The notes beneath the pieces were generated by a model. That model was not told the DNA's origin, searched no databases, and saw nothing but the letters and a program-made list of their open reading frames with translations. The position numbers and the translations under genes are program-made. This document shows, piece after piece, positions 1 through 12,393 of a DNA stretch of 64,000 bases. Every line of letters starts with the position of its first letter. Positions within the stretch are counted from its first letter, which is position 1. Origin of the DNA: Phoronis australis (taxonomy: Eukaryota > Animalia > Phoronida); NCBI GenBank assembly GCA_002633005.1, contig NMRA01000201.1, positions 9,722-73,721 of the forward strand, read 5' to 3'.

Positions 1-22
1 AGTGCCGATTTTCCAGCATCCG
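1..22 (-). CDS. UBA2: UBA2 exon 7, start only (ADAGKSAL...)
   Basis: TTTTGTAG acceptor ending at 23; phase-compatible and open; truncated by the window edge. Confidence 0.65.
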
Positions 23-3000
23 CTACAAAATAACCAACACAATTTATCAGAGTACACCAACTAGGCAACAGCCAATCAGCTGCCAGTCCAGCAGAAACTG
101 TAACAACATCGCTGCAGGCCAGTCTTAAAAAAAATGGTCGAACTGTATGTGCAAAAACTTTTAATTTTATTTAAACTACTATTAAATTTGTCTAAAGTTG
201 ACTCCTATTAAGATTAAGAGTTTGCATTTGAGAAAAATCGATATTTCCCTTTTGCTCGTGGTCACTCAATGAACTGGCTTGACACAATGGCTTATGTTCA
301 ATATGGTACTCCATCTACTGCTTGGTCTCCAAGTTGGTCAATTTGGACAGTCATGTTGAGAGTGTGAATCAGAAGTCAGTTCTTTGACACAAGGTGTGTA
401 CTTAGCTGCTTAAAAGCAATTCAAATTGAAAGTCTTACAAATAGTTTCAATCTGGCAAAAAGCAGGTTACTCATTCAATCGTGTTTTTAATCTGGGCAAA
501 CCACTGATTGGCAGACCATCTAGTAAATCAATTGAACAAATGCATTCGAAGTTCAAAAAAAAATGAAAAACGGAATACCAAAAATCAAAGTATATGAACC
601 TTGCCAGGCATTTACCATGAGACAAAATTACACAGGAAGATCAACTAAGATATTGGGAGTCCTTCACAGATTGATTACACCTGCTGCATGTGTGTTCCCT
701 ATCTAAAACTGTTTTCAATTTCCTTTTACCTGGCTGTCCAAAAAATAAGGCCAGGTACACCGACAAAATTGGTTTCCAACATTTTCCTACCACGATAACG
801 TTGAATAAAGAAACAGAAGTATTCCTGGCAAGGAAACTTTCAAGCCAACTGGCAGGAAAAGTAGACCAACTTTAAGTGTTTGCAAAGACACAAAACCTTC
901 CAAGTTTAACTCTGCAAAGGAAATCTGTGTTTTGAACAATTTCACATTAATAATGTGTCCTAAAAGCCCCTACCATTGGTGCCACCTACCCATAAGTTCT
1001 GGATCCTCCCCATCGGGGGACACGTCCTGGTCTGGGTCATCCTCCCCATACAGCTGACTGAAACACAAACAAGTGAAAGAAAAACTAGTTCACTGGCTAA
1101 AAGAGCATGTTCACACTTAAAGCTAAATACTAGTTTACAGGGCAGAAGGAGAAGTTCACATGAAGTTAAAGACTATTTCACAGGGTAAAAGACCAAGTTC
1201 ACACTAATTTAAAGACTAGTTCACAGGGTACAAGGAAAAGTTCACATTAAGTTAAAAGGCTAGTTCACTCGGCAAGAGGGCAAGTTCACACTCAGCGAAA
1301 TAAAAATCACTTTCCATGACCCAAAGATGGTTCAGTCAGTAAGCTCCTAATTATATGATTAATACTTCCCTTGAGAGATAAAACCATTATTCAGCAATAG
1401 CACTTCCTAACAGAGTCACAAATATATCCTGTGCCATGTTGGACTTCTTCACATCTGTGAAAATAACTAATTAGAACCCCTGGGTATTCAATAGGCTAAA
1501 ACAGGACTTTCAAATTTTTATTACTATACTGGACAGGTGACCCTAACATCACCTTTAGATTAACTATTTGAATTTCAAGCTAATAATTCTAAAACAGTAA
1601 AAAAATTTTGATGAGCACTTTTCACAGACCCCCAGAAATTGCTTTCCCATTAGATCTCTGTTCTCATTCACGACCCTTGCATACACTCACAACTAAGACC
1701 GATTACTGAGGAGTTAGTGTAATGCTCGTTCATTAGTCAGTATTTGAACCTGTGTCTCCGAAACAGGAGTCCAGAGCTCAAACAACAGACCCACACAGAC
1801 TCCTCACTTACTTGAACAGATGTTTTGCCCAAACAATACAATGTATAGGCTCTGAAGGTGTGTTTCGGATTGTGCAACCTGGAAAACTCTTTTGTCTTGG
1901 CTTAGGTTGACATTCGTAGCACTCTGTCTCACCCTGTAAACAAAAGTCTACATTTAGCTGCTGTGACCCTGTTTAAATTCAACATGTCTACACGAGTAGT
2001 TGAACAAAGCATCTAAAGGTTTTGTTCATTTACAATTACACATTTGTACCAAAATCCTGGACACAAAAACTTGCTTATGACTGACGGACCAGGATTGCAC
2101 GAGAAACCCGACCACATCAATGGCTTTTTGAATTAAAGCGAGATTGCACATGAACATCCCACTCTCAAAACAAGTTAGACTATTTTGGTGGTACACAAAA
2201 GAAGGAGATGGGATATTTTGTTACATCTTAATTTTGCACTTGCTTCAGAAATAAAGTAGATCAGACACTTCTAGTTTCCCTTACCACTTCTGCAAAGGAG
2301 CTCATAAGTGGTGTTTTGCTGGCCTTTACTACCCCAAATTTATTTTGGTTAGAAACAACCAATTTTTGGGCCTCTGAAAGCAGTTCGTGACACCTCAGAA
2401 AATTTACCTTTTAGCCTCAATATACTGCCTTTTGTGATGCTACGTCGCCTATGATACATTCTTTTACATTTACATAGTGTTCGATTAGAAAACCATTTCA
2501 ATTATTTAGCAGGGTTCACAGGTTACGAACCTTCTTGATGACAGTCACCTGACCTAGGTAACCTGCCGTTCCGCTTTCAATTAAAGGTACGTTGGCCGCC
2601 AGGCACATTTTGTTGACATGGTTACGGGCAGCGGTGTTGTCCAGTGCATTCATCACCATGTCAAACTGCTTATAGAAGTTGACATCGTAGTCTTGGCTAC
2701 GGATGAAACAAAACTGTAATTAACTACGCTAATTGTGAACAACATTAAGGAGCGGAACTTCTACTACAATTAGTGTTTTGTTAAAAGTACATTGTGTGCT
2801 GTAAATAAGACTATTAGTTTGGAATTTCCTGACTCACAAAATGGCGAGTGCCGATCATATTAATTTATATATTTGGAATAATTACAAAAAATCACATAAC
2901 CCAAATAACTCTTCATGTTTTCTACTGTTATGCTGGAGTCAGAATGGATCTCAAAGCTTAAAGGCAAAGGCAACCTATTTGCATGTCATTTTCGTTGATT

Positions 3001-6000
3001 ATCCCAGACATATTTTCCACTTAATTACAGCTTTTCGTAATTTGATTAATTATTCGTTTTCTACTCCGGAAGTGACGTTTTAGGAGGCAAGGATTTTGCG
3101 CCAATTTCTTTTCATATAGTCTGACTGTGAGAGCAGTCGAGTCAGTCATTGTTTTACCTCGGTTGTGATAAGTTCGGTCGTCGTTTACTTTTGCTTACGA
3201 GTCAGTCAACATGCCACACTGTTGCTGCCTACCGGGATGTACTCATTATGGCCCAAAGCCTGTAAGCAGCCCTGCTGCGATATTGAATAGGAGTGAATAC
3301 AGGCCCCGTTCGACACCCAGTGAAGAGGGCAGTTCATCGTTCAATGAACAGATCGGTGAGCCAAACTTTGATAAGTTTATTGTGGACTTGTCTAAAGTAT
3401 TGGAGCTATTTAGAAGGTGCCGGGTGTGTGGCGAGGGTGTCACACAGCAGGGTGTAAGCAGTTTGCGTGCTCAAATCACTATCAGTGGGAGTGTGTCGCA
3501 GACACTCAGGCAAGTGGGACAGTTGTTCATCTGTCCGTGGGACGATAATGAGTACATCCCGGTACGCAGCAACAGCGTGGCATGTTGACTGACTCATAAA
3601 CAAAAGCATACGATGACCGAACTTATCGAAACCACGAGATAGAAAAATGACTGACTGGGCAGCTCTCACAGTCAGACTATACGAAAAGAAATAGGCGGTA
3701 AATTCTTGCCTTCCAAAACGTCACTTCCTGAGCAGTGAACAAATAGTTAATGAAATTACGAAAAGCTGTAATTAAGGGGAAAATATGTCTGGGATAACCA
3801 ACGAACCTTATTTTTGCTAAAAAAGACATGGAAAAAGGTTGCCTTCGCCTTTAACAAATTACTTCCTTTTGTTATCTCAATTTCAAGTTCAAAAATTTTG
3901 ACCTGCCTATGCAGAGTGAAATACTTAAGTTGTATCTCTTCACAGATACTAAGGTTTTGAAAACTAGTTGTCAGCATTGAGACTTATAGAATGTGAAGCA
4001 ACATTAGTTATAGTATGGCAGAGTATACACTTTAACAAATCTACAGGTTAAAGCAGCAATTAAACCTCTGATTTCCATCAACAAACAAGCTTTGATTCAT
4101 GCCATTTGCCATTTTAAAGTGGTCTCAAATTTTTCCTTACTCAGATGAGGACAGAAGAGCTGACAACCTTATGACCTTCATCTGAAGACATAGCAAAATA
4201 TCAGTTCATCCCGGAGCACAGAGATCAGTTCTAAGCTTAGTAAGGAGATAGATAGGACCACTTCTGTAACGATTAGTGGCTTAAATGAAAACCTGCATTT
4301 TTAACTAAAAGCACGGGTTCAAAGCACATTCAAGTCCAATGCAAGGTGTGGACAATAAAGGTACTATCAACCTATCTTCAATCAAAAACTAATCTTATAT
4401 GTAAGCCACTAGCTAGTTGTTAAAATGGTTTCAAATCTTAAAAATAACATTTAACCTAACCAAGGGACAAACTGAGACCAGTTTTATAACAATCAGTGAC
4501 ATAAATCAAAGGCTAGTTTATTTTCAGACGACGGTTTAAAGCTGCTGTAAAAATTCTCAAATGAACAATTAAAACAAAGAGAGAAAGACAAACAATAGGA
4601 ATAGGATGGATAAACAAACAAACAAATGGGCTTAGGAACAGAGAGACAGAAGGAGGGTCAAATCATTGGACGGATTAATAAATATAAATAGTCTAAGAGA
4701 GAGAAAGAGTCGAAGAGAGGGACAATGGAACAGAGACAAACAAACCTAATGATCGTGTCATGGTATGCTTTAATTTTAGCCTTGGGATTGAACTTGAGAG
4801 CACTTTCTTTAGCCACCTACAAGAGGAGGATGAACAATACGGAATGAAAGGTAATGAACTTCTGAATTAACACACTCAGACAATACACTTTTGTATCGAC
4901 TAACCTACAGTCACTATATGGACTATAAATGTCTTCATTATCATTATGCATCATTCTTGTTAACGAAAAACTGTCATTATTTGCACTTCAAAATTTAACA
5001 AATACTAGTTAGGCTGAAGTTTATGTAGGACTCTAGAAAAATGGCCATGTATTTTCACCACCCTAAATTCTCTAGTTTTTGTAGATATTCCACACAGATC
5101 TGTCCACACAACCTTAAGAACTGAGCCAAGCAGCATCTAGCCCTATAAATTTTAAACAATACAAAACTTACCTGCGATTTAGACTTGCCTACATGTTCTC
5201 GCCTAAAGAGAAACTGTCTGTTTAGATTGCTGACGTCGATTGTATCCAAGTCAATCTGAAATATAATTTAGGATTATACTAAAAGTAATTACTAGTACAG
5301 TAACAGGTAAATGAAAAATTACATCAAAGATGCCAGCGAAGACAAAATCAAGATCATATACATTAAATGACAATGGCGACAAAATCCTGCATGTTTTGTT
5401 TTGGTTTAAAAGGTTTGACACATTGTCACAGTACCACATACAGATGGAGTGGGGTGTGATACAATATCAACAAATTCAAAGTCCCTCAAGAGATGAAAAC
5501 TACATACTCTCATATGCTGAATCTATTTCTTAACAATGTCTTCAAATCCAAGGACATTCTGTTGACTAGACAATTATCCACTTGACTTGCCACACTGTCT
5601 GTTTCATGAAAGCGACTTATGAGTTAAGACTGGAGACAGAAATTTGGTCTTGTGCTCCATCACAATTGCTAAAAAAGGTTCAGCCATGTTATTATAAGGG
5701 CTACACAGTCTAAAAATAATTTGTAAAACTTTTCTCAATCGTAAGCAATTATATATGTATATTGATTTCTAAGATACTTTTTGGTGGACCTTCAGCTCCG
5801 TTTGAGCTGTTGTATTAGCTTGGCTAGGCCAGCTGTAATCAGCTGGCTAGACGTATGAAAACTAACGTCAAAACACAGCTAGGAACATCACACAGACCTC
5901 GACATTTCACACAACCTAGCTAATTATACTCTTCGCCTCCTTGAGAAACTTACATCAACATGTAGAGCTAACGGTGATAGACTATCGCTCACACTGATAA

Positions 6001-9000
6001 ACTATAGATAGACTATCGTCCCAGTCTGCCTTTATTTATATTGAATCAATGAAGACTTTGTTAACGATGGTGACGCCTTTTTTACAAACTGGTCGCTAGT
6101 TTTCTAAAGTGGTCACCGGACATTCAGATTGGGAAAGCTGCCAAACTGGTTACTGCGACATGTTTAAAGCGGTCATGGAAGAAGGAGGAATGAAGATTTT
6201 AAGGACATTAACTTTGAGCAAAATGTTACTTGGCCCGATTTTTACCCACGTCGGTGCAAAACCGTACTAGTACATTTCAACAGATTTGCACCAAGCTTGG
6301 TCCAAGAACAAGGTTAGGACAGCTGTTTCCATAGGCAATTACATCGCCTCTTTAATTACTTCCAACTTGAACAAATACTCCCGTTATTAAACTTTCTATT
6401 CAAGCAGTCCTTCGTTAAATTCCCACCAGTGCAAACTGACCATTTTTACACAGTGCACGCCAGGGGATATGACATCATACCACCTGCCGTGTTGTTCACT
6501 GTCTTTACTGCCCAGCTAGAGACGGTGGTCAAAGTCTACAATTTGGGTTACAATAGTTATCACGCATGGTGAAAAAGTTAACGGTGATCAAACAGTGGAG
6601 TTGGAATTCTTCATGATAGTCATATTAATACATGTACACATGCTTCATCGAGGATGTCTATAAGACCAGAAAGGAATGCTGAATCTTGAAAGTAAGCACT
6701 TTTTGGAGATAATTTTAAGAAAAAATGTATTTTTGATGAGCTCAAACAATTTACTCTCAAGTGACTGTATGGGATTAATACAGAAACTGATGGGAAGGAA
6801 AAAAGCATGAAAATTTTGAGACATCCAGTTGAGAAAACAGATCAAGTTTGAGTCAAATATTGGAATAAAAACTTACAAAAATTAGCGACGTTGTGTCACA
6901 ACATCGTCGTCCTAGTTATGGGGACATTTATGATTCGGCTATTTTTAGCCACCTGTGGGCCACTGGACATGATTTCAATACTGATGATGACATGATTTCA
7001 ATACTGATGATGCCACTATCCTAGACTTTGAGGAAGACTGGTTCAGAAGGGGTGTAAAGGAAGCTCTCCATGAGCGCATTGAGTTCGTCTTTAAATAAAA
7101 GAGGCGGTTTAAGATTTGATTTGTCGCACGTATGGGATGGTGTTCTGACGTCAATGTCGCGCCGTCTGGTTAAAACGCCACCAATTGGCCAGAATAACGA
7201 TAACATCACAAGCCAAGCTGAAGTCCGTGACATGCGGACGCAACGTCGCTAATTTTTGTAAGTTTTTATTCCAGTATTAGACTCAAACTTGATCTGAAGG
7301 GAAGAAATGTAGCTCACGTTACCTACTGCTCTAGCCTTGGCGCAAAACAGTATACTAAGTATACAGCTTTGCGCTGGGTAAAAAAATACCAAATAAAATA
7401 TGACACAAAATTAATGTCAGTAAAAACTACACCCTTCCTTGAGTAAACTTAATTAACTACCGATGTTGGAAAAATTGGCGTTCTAACGTCATTCTGCAGT
7501 TAAAATTGTGTTATGATCTGTTGCGTCAGCATTCGGCACCATGAAATATTACGTCACCTATAAGCCAATTTCTTTTTTCGCTGATTCTTCAATAAACTGT
7601 TGTTCTTTCACAAGGTTGCATACACGTCACAACAAATTATTGGAACTGACTTCATTGATTATCAGGTTTTAGAATATACACGAAAATCAAATCAGCTCGG
7701 AGCAGCACAGGTTGTCAGCTTCGTTAACAGAGGTCGCTGAAGCCACACTGAAAAATGTTCGTCATCAGCTATCACAAACAAAATCTCGGTAAAACGAAGC
7801 ATGGCAAAAAGCACTTATCCATGGTTCGGTTGATTTGCTCCAAGTTTTATCTACACAGAATTTACTCTTTCGGAATATCCCCCCNNNNNNNNNNNNNNNN
7901 NNNNNNNNNNNNNNNNNNNNNNNNNNNNNNNNNNNNNNNNNNNNNNNNNNNNNNNNNCCGCCAAGACTTAAACCATTGTTATTATTCTTAAATTCTTAAC
8001 ATTTGAAGGCATTAACGCTGAAGTAGTAACGAAGAGTCTCATTGGTTGATTTCTTAAAAGATTTGCAAATATTATATGACTCCTCAAATGTTATTAGGTG
8101 AGCCATTAACCTTCAGTGGCAGGTAAGCTAGTCGAGTTAGATGGTTTTGTTCACAGGCACCTTTGATCAGCCCTCAACTATACACTAAATAAAGAGAAAG
8201 GTACACAACTGACATTCAATATGGCCGTCTGCCGGGCACTTCCGGAATAGCCCAAACCTGTCAAATCTGAAAGTAATTTGACTCAAACATTTTATTTGCT
8301 ACAGCAACACGTTCATTGCTTCCATTTGTTGTCATCGAAACCAATAAAAACAATACATAACTCAAGATTTTCCTACTTCAGTCGCCAACATTCACGGCAA
8401 AGCGAAGAGCACAAATAACTTCAAGTGCTTGGTCTTATGCGCATGCTCATAAGACCCCTCGCGACATCTTCAGAACGCTTACATCAACTAAAAACAGCAA
8501 CATTACGAACACAGTAAGCCAAGAGGCTCTTGACGGTAATTTGCGAATATGTCGTCCTACCTCGCATGAGGATGTCAAAAAAACATGGTTGCCTCTGGCC
8601 CTGTAAGTCGACTCTTACAAGTTCTGACGAACGGAAGATAAATTGGAAGGCCCCTTGAACGTTTGACCTATTTTTGCTGAACCCAATCAGCATTCTCATA
8701 GAGGAACATATAAATTATGTTGCTGTTTTCACAATGATGTAAGCATTCTGAAGATGTCGTGAGGGGTCTTACGAGCATGCGCATTAGATAAAAATTTTGA
8801 AGTTATTTGCGCTCTTCGCTTTGCCATGAATGTTGGCGATTGAAGTAGGAAAATCTTGAGGTATGTATTGTTTTTATTGGTTTCGATGTCAACAAATGGA
8901 AGCAATGAACGTGTTGCTGTAGCAGATAAAATGTTTGAGTCAAATTGCTTTCAGATTTGACATGTTTGGGCTATTCCGGAAGTGCCCGGCAGACAGCCAT

Positions 9001-9324
9001 ATTGAATGTCAGTTGTGTACCTTTCTCTTTATTATAGTACATGGTCGAGGGCTACATAAAGGTGCCTGTGGTTTTGTCCGATTTACTCGAACTTCCCCTA
9101 CCGCTTTACAAGAACACTACAGCGCCGCGGTGGTTAACAGCCGGGTAGATTTTTATCCAGACAATGTAGGACTAACAAGAAAAATATACCATTTCAATGT
9201 TGACAAAACCAGTCAGTACAAGGTTCTTTAGTAACTCGCATCCTATTCCACCAGCTCCAACCATCAATATTTTGGAACCAGCTACTTTGTCCTTCAACGC
9301 TTTGTCAACAAATGCTGCAGCCAT
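1..9324 (-). CDS. UBA2: SUMO-activating enzyme subunit 2 (UBA2/SAE2), 5' part of a multi-exon gene; continues beyond the left edge
   Basis: Exons 9190-9324, 5172-5255, 4746-4816, 2531-2696, 1812-1933, 990-1057 and 1-22 join in frame with GT-AG sites. Product has [51 protein letters not shown] and PGCTIRNTP (catalytic Cys). Confidence 0.96.
990..1057 (-). CDS. UBA2: UBA2 exon 6 ([22 protein letters not shown])
   Basis: TTTCAG acceptor, GTAGGT donor, 68 nt, phase 2-1; resembles UBA2 QLFGEEDADQEVSPD. Confidence 0.92.
1084..1295. repeat. Degenerate ~43-bp tandem repeat (~5 copies, built from ~21-bp AGTTCAC subunits)
   Basis: Recurrent ACTAGTTCACAGGGTAAAAG...AAGTTCACA. Confidence 0.75.
1812..1933 (-). 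CDS. UBA2: UBA2 exon 5 ([40 protein letters not shown]), catalytic cysteine
   Basis: TTACAG acceptor, GTAAGT donor, 122 nt. Confidence 0.96.
2531..2696 (-). CDS. UBA2: UBA2 exon 4 ([55 protein letters not shown])
   Basis: CCGTAG acceptor, GTTCGT donor, 166 nt, phase 2-0. Confidence 0.95.
2962..3850 (+). mobile_element. Non-autonomous Kolobok-like DNA transposon with THAP/transposase remnant
   Basis: TTAA on both sides (2958-2961, 3851-3854); AGG...CCT termini; ~190-bp imperfect TIRs; internal ORF 3211-3588 begins [10 protein letters not shown] (THAP-like) and contains [20 protein letters not shown]. Confidence 0.75.
4746..4816 (-). CDS. UBA2: UBA2 exon 3 ([23 protein letters not shown])
   Basis: TTGTAG acceptor, GTTTGT donor, 71 nt, phase 0-2. 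Confidence 0.92.
5172..5255 (-). CDS. UBA2: UBA2 exon 2 ([28 protein letters not shown])
   Basis: TTTCAG acceptor, GTAAGT donor, 84 nt; E1 signature. Confidence 0.96.
6838..7296. mobile_element. MITE-like element with ~60-bp inverted repeats
   Basis: CAGATCAAGTTTGAGTC...AAAAATTAGCGACGTTG, with its reverse complement ending at 7296; internal 23-bp tandem duplication at 6966-7011. Confidence 0.65.
7885..7957. other. Assembly gap (73 N)
   Basis: Run of N. Confidence 0.99.
8152..9070. mobile_element. Fold-back MITE with ~350-bp inverted arms, possibly P-superfamily derived
   Basis: CACAGGCACC...GGTGCCTGTG termini; arms clearly reverse-complementary; flanks GTTTTGTT / GTTTTGTC (7-8 bp TSD). Confidence 0.85.
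9190..9324 (-). CDS. UBA2: UBA2 coding exon 1 (MAAAFVDK...[23 protein letters not shown])
   Basis: ATG at 9324; GxGxxG nucleotide-binding motif; GTATAT donor, phase 0. Confidence 0.93.
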
Positions 9325-9995
9325 GCTCAAAATTAAACCGGAAACACTCAGGTAACAGGGCAGAGAATCTCTTAGGGAAGGGTTTGTTTCTATTTCCATT
9401 TTCAACAAGCTCAGTTGTTGGCAAATAAGCGATATAATCAGCCTAACAGCACTAAGATTTTTTAATGCAGCAAATTATTCAAAATATGAATATTTTTGGC
9501 ACAATCATTAGTTTATCTTTTGACCATAAGATGTCACATGTAGTTGCTTCAGTAGATTGTTCCATTTCGAAAGGGAGGTCAATCCATTGAAATCAGATTT
9601 CCTTAATTGAAAAGTTGTTGAAAATTGTTGCACATCATAAATATTCGGATTATTTAACTTCAAAAAATTGTAACAAATATTTAATACGGAAATTTATTTT
9701 ACTCTCTGGTCCATTAATCCGTGAATGACTTATTTGACAATTTAACTACTACCCCTATAAAGTTGAGCATGTCGTGATTTCAACATGGAGGTCACACTCA
9801 CATGAAGAATGTCATTCAAGAATCTTAAAAGCAGGAAGTATGCGATTTTGCAACTTTTGAATATTATAGTGCAATAATATGTGATCAGGAGACGTGAAGC
9901 GTTAGAAATACGTGCTATATTTAGTTGATAATTTTATTTTTTGTACTAAATTAAGAATAGGAAGAACAACATCGCTCAGGCGTTTCAGGCCAGGG
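9325..9995. promoter_or_regulatory. Probable bidirectional promoter region of UBA2 and PLC-gamma
   Basis: Divergent genes; ETS-like CCGGAA (about 9338) and CAGGAAGT (about 9832); candidate 5'UTR donor GTCAGT at 9995. TSSs are not determinable from sequence. Confidence 0.5.
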
Positions 9996-10571
9996 TCAGT
10001 TAAACTTTTTTGTTTTTTTTCCTTTGCCTTTTTGTTTGGCAGTTGGCTGGATTTTGCATTCCCGCACTGTTCTCAATGTTTTACCATAGTTTTTTTTTTC
10101 AGCTTCCAGTATGAGTGAACACTGCTTAATATTACCTACTTGTGTGGCATGTCATAGGTGGACTTGTTATGTTGGTTAATTTCGGATCAAAGACAATGCT
10201 TTGGCTTTACTAATTTTAATAGTTATTGGAATTTTGCCTTTTGGTAGTCATCTTTTTCGGGATAGGATGTAGGTGGGTGTCCAAATATGGGGCAATATTC
10301 ATTCTGGGCCCAAGGGAAATCCTGGACCCATCAGCATCAAAACAAGGCTTGACATGCCAAAGATTACATATCAATAACACTTTCCTCAAAATTCAAGTGC
10401 TACCTGCTGATTTGGTAATTGTCCCAGTTATGCTGCACACCAGGCAGAATTAACGAGGAATATCTTGCAACACTAAACAAAGGTTTTATATTATAAAAGT
10501 CACATTTCTTGTCTGATTTTCAAAATTCAAAAATCTAATCACATGTACTTTTCATTAAAATATGCTATATA

Positions 10572-11114
10572 CTAGACAGTGATGCTCCTATAGGCACTTC
10601 ATACGCCGGAAGCTTTTCGGTGAATTATGCCTCACGCTGATTAAAGTGCCAAAGTCACGTTATTAGAAGTACCTTTTTCGCATAGAGGGACACCTTAGGA
10701 GGCTGTCGATGTATTTAATTCCTTGCAACTCGAACAAATACTCCTGTAATCAAACTTTTTCTTCAAGCAGTCCTTTGTTCAGTTCCCCAAATCGGTAACT
10801 GGTCATTTTTAACACTGCGCACACCTGGTGACCTGGAGCTATGACGTCATACCACCTGGAGCACGCAGTGTTAAAAATGGCCAGTTGCCGATTTGAACAA
10901 CTGAAAAAAGGACTGCTCGAAGAAAAAGTTCAATTACAGGAGTATTTGTTCGAGTTGGAAGGCATTAAAGTCATTGACGGCCTGCTAAGTTGTCCCTCTA
11001 TGCACAAAAGTTACTTATAACAATGTGACTTTGATTTTTAATCATTGTGAGGCATAATTTGCCGAAGGAGATCCACCGTCTCTAGTCAGGCTAGAAAGGG
11101 TGGTCACTGTCTAG
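10572..11114. mobile_element. Fold-back MITE (TAG-type termini, possibly Academ-like); related half-copy at about 6330-6530
   Basis: CTAGACAGTGA...TCACTGTCTAG outer inverted repeat; ~200-bp inner inverted arms. Confidence 0.75.
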
Positions 11115-12191
11115 CCATAAACAAACTTTCAAAATAAAAATCGAAAATACTATTGTTGCCCCCAGTGTGTTTTATGATGGGTTTAATTATTTAGAGAACA
11201 TAACAGCAGCAGCCTGAGGTGATATACTTAACTGTAGCAGCATTGTGGCTTTGATCAATGCCAGCAGATTCCGAGGTATGGAAACCTTTTCAGTTGCCCA
11301 ATCTCGACCGGTGAGCGTGTCAATGTAGGAGTCTTTTCTTGTATGGTGATTCTAATCGCTAGCTATCTAATTAGCTGGTCACATTTTTCCAATGTATTAT
11401 GGAAGTTTTATTATGCTGTAGTTGAAATACCGTGCAATTAAACCACAGTTACAATTATATCACCTTCTCGTAATAACAAAATTTGTTAAGTCATGCCGCA
11501 AATTATCTTCTCCATATGGACACGTAGTGTAGCAGGCAATACAACTATAATTTAAGCTGAAGTTGATCTCAACTTTTCAGTACTTAAATTAGAAGTTAGT
11601 TTTGCACTTTAAAGAACTGACAGTTAGTTATTGCCTGTGGCCATGTTCAGCAAGTTTGCTTGTCACGAGATGTCATTTTATGCGTCACATATGCAGAGAT
11701 ACCGAAGAATGATATATATCCAGAAATCAATCAAAAATGGTCTCATGAATTTCACCATGGTGATATTTTGCAAAACATGTTTAAGAGTCACAGGTTGGTT
11801 TACGTGAACTATAGTACAGGCTTAGTGAAGTGATGTCTAATTTATTCAAGTCGAAGAAATTATCTGAGTGTACAGTAATCAGGTCTTCGGTCATGTATTG
11901 TTGATAAATATTTGGCAGTGGTGAAGATTAAAAAAATTTTAGTCTACTTCTAGCGTGTGCAGATGTCATAAAATATCAAAATTTGCAAGTACTATTAGTA
12001 AAGTAAGCGGTTTTTGAAAAAATTGAAAATGACAATTGTGGTAATTATTTTTGTGAAATAAGTGGTTAAATTTATCATAATCAACGAGAGTGTTCAGTGT
12101 CTTGATATGGTTAGACAAGTTCAATTATTCATTTTCAATTTCAGCAGTTTGAACTTTAAAAACGAAGTAATCGAATCCTGCTAGCCTGAAT

Positions 12192-12393
12192 ATGGCTTCT
12201 AGCAGCTGCCTGGTCAACGGCGTGGGTGGCGATGACGTGGGCATGAACATCCTGCGTGTGTTGGAGCGCGGTCTACTCATGACTCGATTCTACCCTAAAA
12301 AGAAGCCAGAGAAGCGGACGTTTCAGGTGAAGCTGGAGACCAGGCAATTAGTCTGGCTTCGAAACTATGGACAACTGAAGCCGGAGGGTACAG
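12192..12393 (+). CDS. PLCG1: PLC-gamma coding exon 1 (N-terminal PH half)
   Basis: MASSS...[14 protein letters not shown]...PEGT; upstream TTTCAGCAG acceptor (12144/12147) implies a 5'UTR exon; GTGAGT donor, phase 1. Confidence 0.93.

Noticed and set aside
1735-1800. tRNA/SINE-like stretch on the minus strand after the UBA2 exon 5 donor
   Set aside because: Only a weak B-box-like GGTTCAAAT; too degenerate to support.
9325-9408. N-terminal extension of UBA2 shown in the ORF track
   Set aside because: Homology begins near the ATG at 9324; the extension is likely 5'UTR, though an upstream in-frame ATG cannot be excluded.
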